Below, piece after piece: positions 20,046-29,188 of a DNA stretch of 59,503 bases. The translations under genes were made by a program, and so were the position numbers. The stretch's first letter is position 1. Every line of letters begins with the position of its first letter. The DNA is taken from the NCBI GenBank assembly GCA_015064245.1, contig SVSQ01000002.1, positions 1 to 59,503 on the forward strand, read 5' to 3'. The stretch comes from Oscillospiraceae bacterium. Lineage in GTDB: Bacteria; Bacillota; Clostridia; Oscillospirales; CAG-272. The notes under the pieces are model-generated. The model was not told the DNA's origin. It did no database searches and was given only the letters and a program-made list of their open reading frames with translations.

Positions 20046-20588
20046 ATGTCTGAGATATTAAATTCATTACATCCGATCGTAGTCTGCTTGATAGTTTGCT
20101 TTGCAAAGATCATAGAAATAACTATCCAGTCTTTGAAGACCTGCATGATGGTGAGAGGTCAGAGGCTGAAAGCCGCCGGACTCGGCTTTATAGAGTGCGT
20201 TATATGGGGAGTGGTGATCTCAACGATAATCGGAACCTTGGGGGACAACCTCTTTCTTCTGCTGTTCTATTGCATCGGTTATGCAACGGGACTATTCCTT
20301 GGCTCTACTATTGAAAACAAGATAGCTCTCGGAACTTCAAACCTTGAGCTTATCGCAAACGATGAAAGCACGGAGAAGATCACGGATTACCTTAAAAAGA
20401 ATAATAAGGGATATACGGTTTTGAGCGGACACGGCTCGAAGGACAAGATGAATATGATCTTCATAGTCCTTCCGAGAAAAGAAGCTTCCAAAGTGATCAA
20501 AGAGATACGAGCTATATGCGAGAATAAGGTGTTCGTAGCAGCATCTGAGGTCAGCAGATACGCGGGCGGATACGGAATGGTAAAGTAA
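20046..20588 (+). CDS. UPF0316 / DUF2179 membrane protein
   Basis: 180 aa; three N-terminal TM segments then a soluble C-terminal domain (GYTVLSGHGSK...FIVLPRKE). Confidence 0.65.
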   Translation: MSEILNSLHPIVVCLIVCFAKIIEITIQSLKTCMMVRGQRLKAAGLGFIECVIWGVVISTIIGTLGDNLFLLLFYCIGYATGLFLGSTIENKIALGTSNLELIANDESTEKITDYLKKNNKGYTVLSGHGSKDKMNMIFIVLPRKEASKVIKEIRAICENKVFVAASEVSRYAGGYGMVK

Positions 20589-20718
20589 TAAGTTAGCATT
20601 TAAAAACGGCTCCAAAAAATTTTCAAAAATATTTTTCAAAAATTTTTTCGAAACGCGCAACCTAAGCAAAAAAAAGTTGTCTATATTAGTGTAAGGCGCT
20701 TCGTAGAACGGAGGAAAT

Positions 20719-21273
20719 ATGCAAGACAGTCAGATAATTGATCTGTATTTCGCAAGGAACCAGGAAGCCATCGCGGCGACCTCGGCGAAATACAATTCAT
20801 ATTGTATGAAGATTGCGATGAATATTTTGAACAGCAGTGAAGACAGCGAGGAATGCGTAAACGACGCGTATCTCGCCGCTTGGAACTCGATCCCGCCAAA
20901 TCGTCCGGAGAAGCTTTCCGCGTATCTTGGAAAGCTAACGCGCAATCTTTCGCTTAACCGCTATAAATCAAATACGGCGGAGCGGCGCGGAGGAGGAGAA
21001 TTTGCGCTCTCTCTTGACGAGCTTGATGACTGTATAGTCGACAGTATAGCCGAAGAGCAGACCGAAGAGGAGCTCGGACGGTATATAAGCGATTATTTAT
21101 ACACTCAATCAAAGGAAATGCGGCAGGTGTTCGTCAGAAGATACTTTTTTAATGATTCGATAGTCGATATATGCGAAAAGTTCGATATGAGCGAATCAAA
21201 GGTAAAATCAATGCTTCATCGGGCTCGTCTTGGTCTGAAGACCTATCTTGGCGAAAACGGCGTCTACATATAA
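20719..21273 (+). CDS. ECF-type RNA polymerase sigma-70 factor
   Basis: 184 aa; region 2 (ECVNDAYLAAWNSIPP) and region 4 HTH (ICEKFDMSESKVKSMLHRARLGLKTYL). Confidence 0.85.
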   Translation: MQDSQIIDLYFARNQEAIAATSAKYNSYCMKIAMNILNSSEDSEECVNDAYLAAWNSIPPNRPEKLSAYLGKLTRNLSLNRYKSNTAERRGGGEFALSLDELDDCIVDSIAEEQTEEELGRYISDYLYTQSKEMRQVFVRRYFFNDSIVDICEKFDMSESKVKSMLHRARLGLKTYLGENGVYI

Positions 21274-21296
21274 ATATAAAGGACAAAACTGAAACG

Positions 21297-21851
21297 ATGA
21301 AAAATGAACTCATGGCTCGCGCCATGACACATATCGACGATGCTTTGATAGAAGAAGCGAATGAGACCGCAGTAAGCCGCAAATGGTTTATGCGCTCGGA
21401 ATTCACAAAGCGCTTGTATCAATACGGAAGCCTTGCAGCTTGCGCGTTTCTCATAGTCGGTGTGCTGTTAATGAGCGGACTTGGCGGAAACGACGTGCTT
21501 CTTTACGGAGAAAGCATTTCGCAGTCGCCCCAGACGATAACGGAATACATGCCTCGCGCCGTTACCCATTCCATCGATCCGTCACTTCTCACGGAGGTCA
21601 ATCTTCCGCTGGAATTTGATTTCGGGAAGAAGACCATGCTTAGGCTCGACACGGGAACTATGATAGTTCTTGACAAGGACGGAAACACTGTCTTTGAAGG
21701 AACGGATTATGAAGCTAAAGGACACATCTCAGTGTGCGTAACGCTTCCCGTAGGAGAGACCAAATGCCGAATCGAAACAAACAGAGGCTATAATATAGTA
21801 CTGAATCAGGATGAACAGTCCGGACTTTGGTACGTTAATATAGAAAAATAA
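21297..21851 (+). CDS. single-pass membrane protein, candidate anti-sigma factor
   Basis: ATG at 21297, 24 nt after the sigma gene. Cytoplasmic N-terminus, TM LAACAFLIVGVLLMSGL, extracellular C-domain. Position only; no zf-HC2 motif. Confidence 0.5.
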   Translation: MKNELMARAMTHIDDALIEEANETAVSRKWFMRSEFTKRLYQYGSLAACAFLIVGVLLMSGLGGNDVLLYGESISQSPQTITEYMPRAVTHSIDPSLLTEVNLPLEFDFGKKTMLRLDTGTMIVLDKDGNTVFEGTDYEAKGHISVCVTLPVGETKCRIETNRGYNIVLNQDEQSGLWYVNIEK

Positions 21852-21898
21852 AAACAAAAATTTAAAAACAAAAAAACAATTTTAAGGAGAAAAACAAA

Positions 21899-22516
21899 AT
21901 GAAAAGAATTTTAGCTCTCACACTCGCAGTACTTATGCTCGCTATGTGCTTCGTAGCATGCGGCAAGACAGAAGATCCCAACACAGACGACAAGAACGAA
22001 ACAGTTGAGCCCGACTACAAGAGCGCGCTCGAGCTTATCAACAAGATCTTCACCGGTTACAATGCAACAGCAACAGAAGAGACAATGCTCTACGTTGTTG
22101 GCGGTAATATGTTCAACTTTGAGACATGCAATCCCGAAGGACCCGCAGAGTTCGTTTCTCTTGCTGATACAGACTATAACGAGAATCTTGGCATTGCTGT
22201 TGAAGATGTTGCAAAGATCGAAGGCGCTGCTTCCATGCACAACATGATGAACGCTAATATGTTCACTTCTTACGTTATCAAGGTTAAGGCTGATGCAGAC
22301 ATCGACGCTCTTGCGACTGCTCTCAAAACAAACATCCTTGCTCGTCAGTGGATCTGCGGAGCTCCCGATAAGCTCGTTATCGCTAAGGCTCCCGGCAACT
22401 ACCTCATCGTAACTTGGGGCGTTTCTGTTGACGGCGGTATCGTTAACCCCTACACAGAAAGCTTTGCTACAGTTGTTCCCGGTTCTTCCATCGTTGTAAC
22501 TGAGACAATAGCATAA
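21899..22516 (+). CDS. hypothetical lipoprotein
   Basis: MKRILALTLAVLMLAMCFVACGK lipobox; AGGAGA RBS. Confidence 0.65.
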   Translation: MKRILALTLAVLMLAMCFVACGKTEDPNTDDKNETVEPDYKSALELINKIFTGYNATATEETMLYVVGGNMFNFETCNPEGPAEFVSLADTDYNENLGIAVEDVAKIEGAASMHNMMNANMFTSYVIKVKADADIDALATALKTNILARQWICGAPDKLVIAKAPGNYLIVTWGVSVDGGIVNPYTESFATVVPGSSIVVTETIA

Positions 22517-22532
22517 GTTTAATTGAACTTCT

Positions 22533-22569
22533 TTCGGCGCCGTTATCGCAGATCGGTAACGGCGCCGAA
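22533..22569 (+). other. 13-bp GC-rich perfect hairpin without U tract
   Basis: TTCGGCGCCGTTA (22533-22545) / TAACGGCGCCGAA (22557-22569), 11-nt loop. Confidence 0.7.
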
Positions 22570-22620
22570 CCAATAATATCAAAAAAAGACGGTAAATATA
22601 AGAAAGGACAAGATTTTAAA

Positions 22621-24018
22621 ATGCTTTTTTCAAGTATATCTTTTCTGTATTATTTTCTTCCCGCGGTACTTATCCTGTATTTTATAGTTCCGTTTAAATT
22701 CAAAAACGCTGTTTTACTTGCATTCAGCTTGTTCTTCTACGCTTGGGGCGGTGTAAAATACGCGATCACAATGGTCGTGGCAATAATCCTCGGATATATA
22801 TTCGGATTGCTTGTTGAAAAATACCGCGGACGTAAGATCTCTAAATTATTCTTATTCTTAGCGGTAGCGTCTATAATATCCTTCATGCTTTATTTTAAGT
22901 ATATGGACTTCTTTATAGATAACTTCAACAAGATTCTCGGTCTTAATATACCGCTTCTCAGAATCGTTCTTCCCATCGGCATCAGCTTCTACACCTTCCA
23001 GATAATCAGCTACGTGGTTGACGTCTACAGAGGAGAGAAGGCTCAGAAGAACCCTATAAACCTCGCAGCTTACGTCGCTATGTTCCCTCAGCTCATCGCA
23101 GGTCCTATCGTAAGATACGCAGACGTTGCAAGAGAGCTAGAATGCCGTACACACAGCCTTGAGCTTGTAGCGGCAGGCGCAAGAAGATTTATAATCGGTC
23201 TTGCAAAGAAGGTTCTTATCGCGAACTCAATGTACGATATAAGCGAGATAGTTTATAAGGCTGACGAAAAGACGGTCCTGTTCTACTGGATCTACGGCAT
23301 CTCCGTAGCGCTTTACATCTACTTTGACTTCTCCGGATATTCCGATATGGCTATCGGACTTGGTAAGATCTTCGGATTCAACTTCCTTGAGAACTTCAAC
23401 TATCCTTACATCTCCAGAAGCGCAACGGAATTTTGGCGCCGCTGGCATATGTCCCTCGGTTCCTGGTTCCGCGATTATGTTTACATTCCGCTGGGAGGTA
23501 ACAGAGTTCCAAAGTGGAGATGGTTTATCAACATCTTCGCAGTATGGCTCTTCACCGGATTCTGGCACGGAGCGTCCTGGAACTTCATCCTTTGGGGACT
23601 GTTCTTCGGCGTACTGCTGGTAATAGAGAAGTTCTGGCTACTCAAGTACCTTGAAAAGACAAGAGTTCTCAGCCGTATCTACATCCTGCTGGCAGCTATG
23701 ACAAGCTTCATGGTATTCAACATCAACACTCTCGGAGAGGCGTTCCAATACATCGGAGGACTCTTTGGAGCAGGCGGAATACCGTTTGTAAACGCAGCGA
23801 CTCTTTATCATCTCCGCAACTATGCGGTGCTTCTGATATTCGCTATCGTTGGCTCTACGCCGCTCATCAAGAACGTAGCTACCAAGCTGGCAAATTCGCC
23901 GAAGACCGCGAAGGTCGTAAGCATCGTCGAGCCTATCGTTCTCGTAGCGCTGCTCGTTGTTGTTACTGCGTTCCTCGTTGATTCCTCTTCCAACCCCTTC
24001 CTTTACTTTAGATTCTGA
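22621..24018 (+). CDS. MBOAT family O-acyltransferase (AlgI/DltB/PatA-like)
   Basis: 465 aa polytopic; FWRRWHMSLGSWFRDYVYIPLGGNR and FTGFWHGASW catalytic His region. Confidence 0.9.
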   Translation: MLFSSISFLYYFLPAVLILYFIVPFKFKNAVLLAFSLFFYAWGGVKYAITMVVAIILGYIFGLLVEKYRGRKISKLFLFLAVASIISFMLYFKYMDFFIDNFNKILGLNIPLLRIVLPIGISFYTFQIISYVVDVYRGEKAQKNPINLAAYVAMFPQLIAGPIVRYADVARELECRTHSLELVAAGARRFIIGLAKKVLIANSMYDISEIVYKADEKTVLFYWIYGISVALYIYFDFSGYSDMAIGLGKIFGFNFLENFNYPYISRSATEFWRRWHMSLGSWFRDYVYIPLGGNRVPKWRWFINIFAVWLFTGFWHGASWNFILWGLFFGVLLVIEKFWLLKYLEKTRVLSRIYILLAAMTSFMVFNINTLGEAFQYIGGLFGAGGIPFVNAATLYHLRNYAVLLIFAIVGSTPLIKNVATKLANSPKTAKVVSIVEPIVLVALLVVVTAFLVDSSSNPFLYFRF

Positions 24019-24038
24019 TAGGAGGAGAGTTAAACATT

Positions 24039-25163
24039 ATGAATACAAAAATTAAAAGTATAATAGTATGTTCCATCATGGCGCTGTTTATATTTGGCTT
24101 CAGCGCGCTCTGCATATTCATGCCAAAGCCCGAGTTCCTTGACAGCGAACGCCGTGAGCCTGAAAAGCTTCCTGCGCTTACCTTAGAGAACATCATGAAG
24201 GACGGTAAAGATTACGGCACCAGCTTTATGAAGCTGTTCGACGATAAATATACTCCCGATAACTTCCCCTTCAGAGAAGCGTTCAGAAAGATCAAGGCGT
24301 TTATCGGAACTTACGTTTTTGCTCAGAGAGATAAGGACGGCGTATTCATCGCAGACGGATACGCTACCGAAATGCAGGAGCAGATCAATAAGGATTCGAT
24401 CGACCACGCGGCAAATAAGCTTCAGTTCATATACGATAAGTATCTGAAGGACAAGGGCATCACACCTTATGTATCCATTATTCCCGATAAGGCGTATTTC
24501 CTTGCGGAAAAGAACGGATACCTTTCCATGAACTACGATCAGTTTATTACAGAGATGCTGGCAGGCGTTGATTTTGCTAAGTATATCAATATCAAGGACA
24601 GCCTTACGATAGAGAATTACTATAATTCAGATACCCACTGGCGTCAGGAGACTCTTACAGATATCGCAGGACTCCTTATCAATGGTATGGGCGGAAATTA
24701 CGACAGTAAGTACACCGTAAATACCCTTGACAATCCTTTTTACGGCGTTTACGCAGGCAGAGCTCCCAAGCCTCTGGATCCCGAGACTATATATTATCTC
24801 ACAAACGATAATATGCAGAACATTATAGTAACGGATTATCAGAACGGCGGAAAGCAGACCACTCTTTACGATATGGAAAAGGCATACGGAAAGGACCCTT
24901 ACGATATGTTCCTTGGCGGTGAGCTCTCAAAGATCACCATTGAAAACCCTAACGCAAAGACTGATAAAGAGCTTATCGTTTTCCGTGATTCCTTCGGCAG
25001 AAGCATTCTTCCTCTTATGGCAGAAGATTACGCAAAGATCACAGTTATTGACATCCGTTATCAGATTCCTCAGATCCTTCTTAACGGCGTTGAGTTTGAA
25101 AACGCAGACGTACTGTTCCTTTACAGCACGCTCGTTCTCAATAACAGCTTCGAGCTCAGATAA
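24039..25163 (+). CDS. DHHW family protein (AlgX/AlgJ/PatB-like SGNH-type partner of MBOAT)
   Basis: N-terminal TM anchor, YNSDTHWRQE motif, located directly after the MBOAT gene. Confidence 0.75.
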   Translation: MNTKIKSIIVCSIMALFIFGFSALCIFMPKPEFLDSERREPEKLPALTLENIMKDGKDYGTSFMKLFDDKYTPDNFPFREAFRKIKAFIGTYVFAQRDKDGVFIADGYATEMQEQINKDSIDHAANKLQFIYDKYLKDKGITPYVSIIPDKAYFLAEKNGYLSMNYDQFITEMLAGVDFAKYINIKDSLTIENYYNSDTHWRQETLTDIAGLLINGMGGNYDSKYTVNTLDNPFYGVYAGRAPKPLDPETIYYLTNDNMQNIIVTDYQNGGKQTTLYDMEKAYGKDPYDMFLGGELSKITIENPNAKTDKELIVFRDSFGRSILPLMAEDYAKITVIDIRYQIPQILLNGVEFENADVLFLYSTLVLNNSFELR

Positions 25164-25176
25164 TAAATAGAGAATA

Positions 25177-25208
25177 CCGCTTTGTAGAAATACAGAGCGG
25201 TTTTTTTA
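25177..25208 (+). terminator. intrinsic terminator
   Basis: CCGCTTTGTA (25177-25186) / TACAGAGCGG (25191-25200), then T7. Confidence 0.8.
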
Positions 25209-25216
25209 TAAAGCTA

Positions 25217-25245
25217 TTGACATAAACGCAGATCGGATTTATAAT
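25217..25245 (+). promoter_or_regulatory. consensus sigma-A promoter for heparinase-like paralogue 1
   Basis: TTGACA (25217-25222), 17-nt spacer, TATAAT (25240-25245). Confidence 0.7.
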
Positions 25246-25275
25246 TAGTATGTAATAAAGAGGTAGGAGGTTAAT

Positions 25276-27129
25276 ATGGACAGTAACATCAGAGTATTCA
25301 AGGAACGAGAAATAACGGCAAAGGGAAATATACTTCCTTTGTCTGAGTTTGAATTTGCAAGAGATATTCCGAATAAGATAATTAACGACGAGATCGGAGC
25401 TTATTTCGTTGCACAAGCTGAAAAAATGCTATCTGAGGAGATACCGCTCCTTCCGCTGTCTCTTTACAGAGATAAAGCTTTGACGGACGTGCGTTCAAGA
25501 TTTGAAAAGCCTCATCATAGAAGAAGAAATATACTCATGCACCTTACTCTTGCAGAAGCATACGAAAGAAAAGGCAGATTTACCGAAAAGCTGGCGGACG
25601 TTTTGTGGGCGATACTTGAGGAGACCTGCTGGGTGATACCTGCGCATTATTATCATTCTCCTAACGATCCGAAAACGCCTATTCCCGAGGTATATACCGA
25701 ATCACAGATGCCGGGACTTGATCTCTACGCCGCAAGCTGTTGCGCGTCGGTGGCTCTTACAAAATATCTTCTCAAAGAACAGCTGGACGCGATATCTCCC
25801 GTTATATGCAAAAGAATAGACCATCTTATATATCTTCGCGGAATCAGACCTTTTGTTTCGGTAACGTTTTCCTGGGCGGGAGAGAACGGTACCTGCAACA
25901 ACTGGGTCACCAATATAACGTCCAGCATACTTACAGCCGCTGCCCTTACGTTAAACGACCTCGAGCTTCGTGAAAGAGTAGCGGAAAAGGCGATGCATCT
26001 TCTCGATAACTTTTCGTCTCACTATCCCGTCGACGGCTGGTGTGACGAAGGCCCCGGATACTGGAGCGGCGCGGGCGGAAACTATTTTGATTGCCTTGAG
26101 ATTCTTGAGGATATGTCAGGCGGAAGGATCAAGGTTTACGATCATTTTCTCATAAAAAGAATGGTAGAATATATCGCGTCAGCAAATATCGACGGGAAAT
26201 ACTATCTGAATTTCGCGGATGCGAAGCCGGTTCTTGAGCAAACGGGAAAGCTGATAATGCGGTTTGCAGAGAAATGCGGTTCGGAAAAGCTGTATTCCTT
26301 CGGACGTATGACTGCGGCTAACAATCCTGTAAACACCGGGCTGTTTTTCGGAATGATCTACAGAGTTTATAAGAACTGTCTGACCGAGGAGATAAAGGAA
26401 GCCCCTGCGGTTCTCGGAGAAAAAAGACTTTGGTACGAGGAGAACAAGATAGCTATTTTCAGAGAGAACGAGGATACGTCCAAAGGGCTGTATCTTGCGT
26501 TTAAGGGCGGACATAACAGAGAGAGTCATAATCACAACGACGTCGGTTGTTTCGTGGTATATGCAAACGGAAAGCCGGTAATAATCGATCCGAGCCACGG
26601 CTCGTACGATAACGGATTCTTCGGACCTACAAGATATAAGCGATGGTATATGAAATCAAGCTATCACAGCATTCCGACAGTTGACGGCATCGAGCAATCG
26701 GCAGGAAAGACGGAGTATTCATCATCCGAAGAAACGATTGACAAGGATTTTAACATAGTCTCAATGGAGCTGAAAAACGCATTTCCGAAAAGCGCGGGTA
26801 TCGTCAGCATGAAACGCACCTGCTCGCTGTGCGACGGAAATATCAAGGTAAAAGACGATATCAGCTTAGACCACACGGGAGATATTCAGTTCAATTACGT
26901 TACGGTCGACGAGCCGAGAGTTTTAGATGAAAAGACGTTGCTTCTGGCTGAAAATGTGGCGTTTGAGTACGAATGTGACGGAGCTGAGCTTGTGATCGAG
27001 AGGGTAGAAAACACGTATCTGCCGTACGAGGATCTGAATTTTCGTTCGGTTTGGGGCAGAGACTGCCTGTGGCGTATCTGTCTGAAGACCAAAGCGAGTG
27101 AAAAAACAGCGGTAATAACTATAAAGTAA
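25276..27129 (+). CDS. heparinase II/III-like protein, paralogue 1 (no signal peptide)
   Basis: 617 aa; LEETCWVIPAHY, WCDEGPGYW, GHNRESHNHNDVGCFVVYANGKPVIIDP (Hepar_II_III signature). Confidence 0.8.
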   Translation: MDSNIRVFKEREITAKGNILPLSEFEFARDIPNKIINDEIGAYFVAQAEKMLSEEIPLLPLSLYRDKALTDVRSRFEKPHHRRRNILMHLTLAEAYERKGRFTEKLADVLWAILEETCWVIPAHYYHSPNDPKTPIPEVYTESQMPGLDLYAASCCASVALTKYLLKEQLDAISPVICKRIDHLIYLRGIRPFVSVTFSWAGENGTCNNWVTNITSSILTAAALTLNDLELRERVAEKAMHLLDNFSSHYPVDGWCDEGPGYWSGAGGNYFDCLEILEDMSGGRIKVYDHFLIKRMVEYIASANIDGKYYLNFADAKPVLEQTGKLIMRFAEKCGSEKLYSFGRMTAANNPVNTGLFFGMIYRVYKNCLTEEIKEAPAVLGEKRLWYEENKIAIFRENEDTSKGLYLAFKGGHNRESHNHNDVGCFVVYANGKPVIIDPSHGSYDNGFFGPTRYKRWYMKSSYHSIPTVDGIEQSAGKTEYSSSEETIDKDFNIVSMELKNAFPKSAGIVSMKRTCSLCDGNIKVKDDISLDHTGDIQFNYVTVDEPRVLDEKTLLLAENVAFEYECDGAELVIERVENTYLPYEDLNFRSVWGRDCLWRICLKTKASEKTAVITIK

Positions 27130-27168
27130 AAAAACTACGGGAGGCTTTTATGCTTCCCGTAGTTTTTT
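27129..27168. terminator. bidirectional intrinsic terminator
   Basis: A run, CTACGGGAGGC (27135-27145) / GCTTCCCGTAG (27152-27162), then T6. Confidence 0.8.
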
Positions 27169-27206
27169 ACTTCAACTGACTGCATATTTGCTGATTTAAG
27201 ACACTG

Positions 27207-28091
27207 CTACGGACACTCTATTTTTTCCGCAACCTCAATAAGATAAGCGTTTGGATCATCGTTAAACGTATAATTTTTTCCTGTTATCTCGTTATAGAAT
27301 ATATCGAAATAACGGTAACCGAAAACTCTGAGGCTTGGAGCGTCAAAATGTCCGTAATTCTCCCAAGCAGACAGGCCTTTTGCAGACGCCACGCCGTAAT
27401 TCTCGTAAAAAGAGCCAAGATCAACAAGATATTTGTTTATGGTGTAATCTGCATAGTAGAGGTCTGCGAGCTCGCCCGCTACGATAACTATCTTTTCTTC
27501 GTCAAGCCTCAGATCCTTGATAAAGGAATCGAGAATGTTTTTAAGCTGAGGAGTATAATCAGGATTATCCATGTCGCTTTCGCCCTGATGCCAGAGGATA
27601 GCGCATATTTCGCTGGTATTCTGCGCGGCTTTAGCCATTTCAAGAGCGCGGCTATAATAGAAACCGCCGGGCTCCCAATCAGCAAGACTGGTTCCGCCGA
27701 ATGCGCCGGGGATCAGACCTACTTCACAGTCAAAGGTCTCGACGAACGCCTTTGCAAAGCTCGCTCCGAGACCTACTCCTGCAATATCGGGCTTGTCGGT
27801 ATGGATCGGTTCTTGCATTTTTACGAATTTGCCGTCCCGTATCATAAATATTCTGTCATCGCTTATGGGTACAACGCTTTCAGTATCTCCTCGTCCGGCC
27901 ATATTTGACTGACCGAGCAGAAGCACGGATTGCATTTTGTTATATATTTCCTTGTCATTTACGGTGTCTTCAGTTCCGGCTTCGCCGTCGTTGTCAGTAT
28001 TCGGCGGCTCGGTTTTACCGCAGGATACCGTTAAAAGTGAAATGATAAGCACCAGTACCAAAAGCAAATAATTAAATCTTATTTTTTTCAT
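27207..28091 (-). CDS. SASA-family (sialate O-acetylesterase-like, SGNH) carbohydrate esterase lipoprotein
   Basis: ATG at 28091 after GAGG gives MKKIRFNYLLLVLVLIISLLTVSCGK. LLLGQSNMAGRG, GAFGGTSL and WHQGESD motifs. Confidence 0.75.
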   Translation of the reverse strand: MKKIRFNYLLLVLVLIISLLTVSCGKTEPPNTDNDGEAGTEDTVNDKEIYNKMQSVLLLGQSNMAGRGDTESVVPISDDRIFMIRDGKFVKMQEPIHTDKPDIAGVGLGASFAKAFVETFDCEVGLIPGAFGGTSLADWEPGGFYYSRALEMAKAAQNTSEICAILWHQGESDMDNPDYTPQLKNILDSFIKDLRLDEEKIVIVAGELADLYYADYTINKYLVDLGSFYENYGVASAKGLSAWENYGHFDAPSLRVFGYRYFDIFYNEITGKNYTFNDDPNAYLIEVAEKIECP

Positions 28092-28190
28092 ATCATTCAA
28101 CCTCGTCTTAATAGTTAAATTAAGTATAACACAGTACATATGAATTGTCAACACATCGTGATAAAAAATCAGATTTTAAAAGCATTTATA

Positions 28191-28219
28191 TTGATTTTTC
28201 AAGGAAAGCGTGATATAAT
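28191..28219 (+). promoter_or_regulatory. sigma-A type promoter for cysK
   Basis: TTGATT (28191-28196), 17-nt spacer, TATAAT (28214-28219). Confidence 0.6.
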
Positions 28220-28248
28220 AATGATATATTAAAATGTTGAGGTGGATA

Positions 28249-29178
28249 ATGAATATCTATAATAATATAACCGAGCTGATCGGTAACACAAAGCTTCTTT
28301 ATTTATCTAATTATTGCGCAAAGCACGGAATCAAAGCAAAGCTCTGTGTAAAGCTTGAATGTACCAATCCTGCGGGAAGCATCAAGGACAGAGCCGCTTA
28401 TTATATGATCAAATCGGCGGAAGAAAAGGGCGTATTAAAGGAAGGCTCTGTTATCATAGAGCCAACCAGCGGAAACACAGGAATCGGACTTGCAGCGATA
28501 GGACGGGCAAGAGGGTACAGAGTAATTCTGACTATGCCTGACACAATGAGTGTCGAACGCAGAAATCTTCTTAAAGCTTACGGCGCGGAGCTGGTTCTGA
28601 CAGAGGGCAGTAATGGAATGAGCGGAGCGATCGAAAAGGCAAAGGAGCTGGCAAAGGAAATGGAAAACAGTTTTATTCCAAGCCAGTTTGACAACCCTGC
28701 CAATCCAATCGCGCATTACGAAACAACAGGTCCGGAGATATGGAACGATACGGACGGTCAGGTCAAGGCATTTGTCGCAGGGATAGGAACCGGCGGAACG
28801 CTTTCCGGAACAGCAAACTATCTCAAGCTTCAGGATCCGAGGATCTTCGTTGCAGGAGTCGAGCCCGCGTCCTCGCCGATGATAACAAAGAATACTTCAG
28901 GCGCGCATAAGCTACAGGGGATCGGAGCTAATTTTATTCCGGATAACTACGATCCCGATATATGCGATGAGATCGTCTGTATAGAAAACGACGAAGCGTA
29001 TACGGCAGGAAGAGAAGTAGCTGAATGCGAAGGAGTACTGATAGGCATTTCGGGCGGAGCGGCAGTTTGCGCCGCTAAAAAACTTGCTGAAAGCGGAAGG
29101 TTTGACGGGGAGATAATCGTGGCGATAGCACCCGACAGCGGAGAGCATTATCTTTCCGTGCCGGATTACCTTATATAG
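28249..29178 (+). CDS. cysK: cysteine synthase A (O-acetylserine sulfhydrylase)
   Basis: NPAGSIKDRAA PLP-lysine motif, GTGGTLSG; ATG at 28249 follows GAGGTGG. Confidence 0.9.
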   Translation: MNIYNNITELIGNTKLLYLSNYCAKHGIKAKLCVKLECTNPAGSIKDRAAYYMIKSAEEKGVLKEGSVIIEPTSGNTGIGLAAIGRARGYRVILTMPDTMSVERRNLLKAYGAELVLTEGSNGMSGAIEKAKELAKEMENSFIPSQFDNPANPIAHYETTGPEIWNDTDGQVKAFVAGIGTGGTLSGTANYLKLQDPRIFVAGVEPASSPMITKNTSGAHKLQGIGANFIPDNYDPDICDEIVCIENDEAYTAGREVAECEGVLIGISGGAAVCAAKKLAESGRFDGEIIVAIAPDSGEHYLSVPDYLI

Positions 29179-29188
29179 GAGAAAGTAA

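Noticed and set aside
20589-20718. Reiterated TTTTCAAAAA / AAAAATATTTTT motifs upstream of the ECF sigma gene
   Set aside because: It is AT-only low-complexity sequence. I could not fit an ECF-type GAAC..CGTC promoter with acceptable spacing.
21911-22582. 223-aa minus-strand ORF antisense to the lipoprotein gene
   Set aside because: It is a shadow ORF that runs through the 13-bp hairpin and lacks an RBS.
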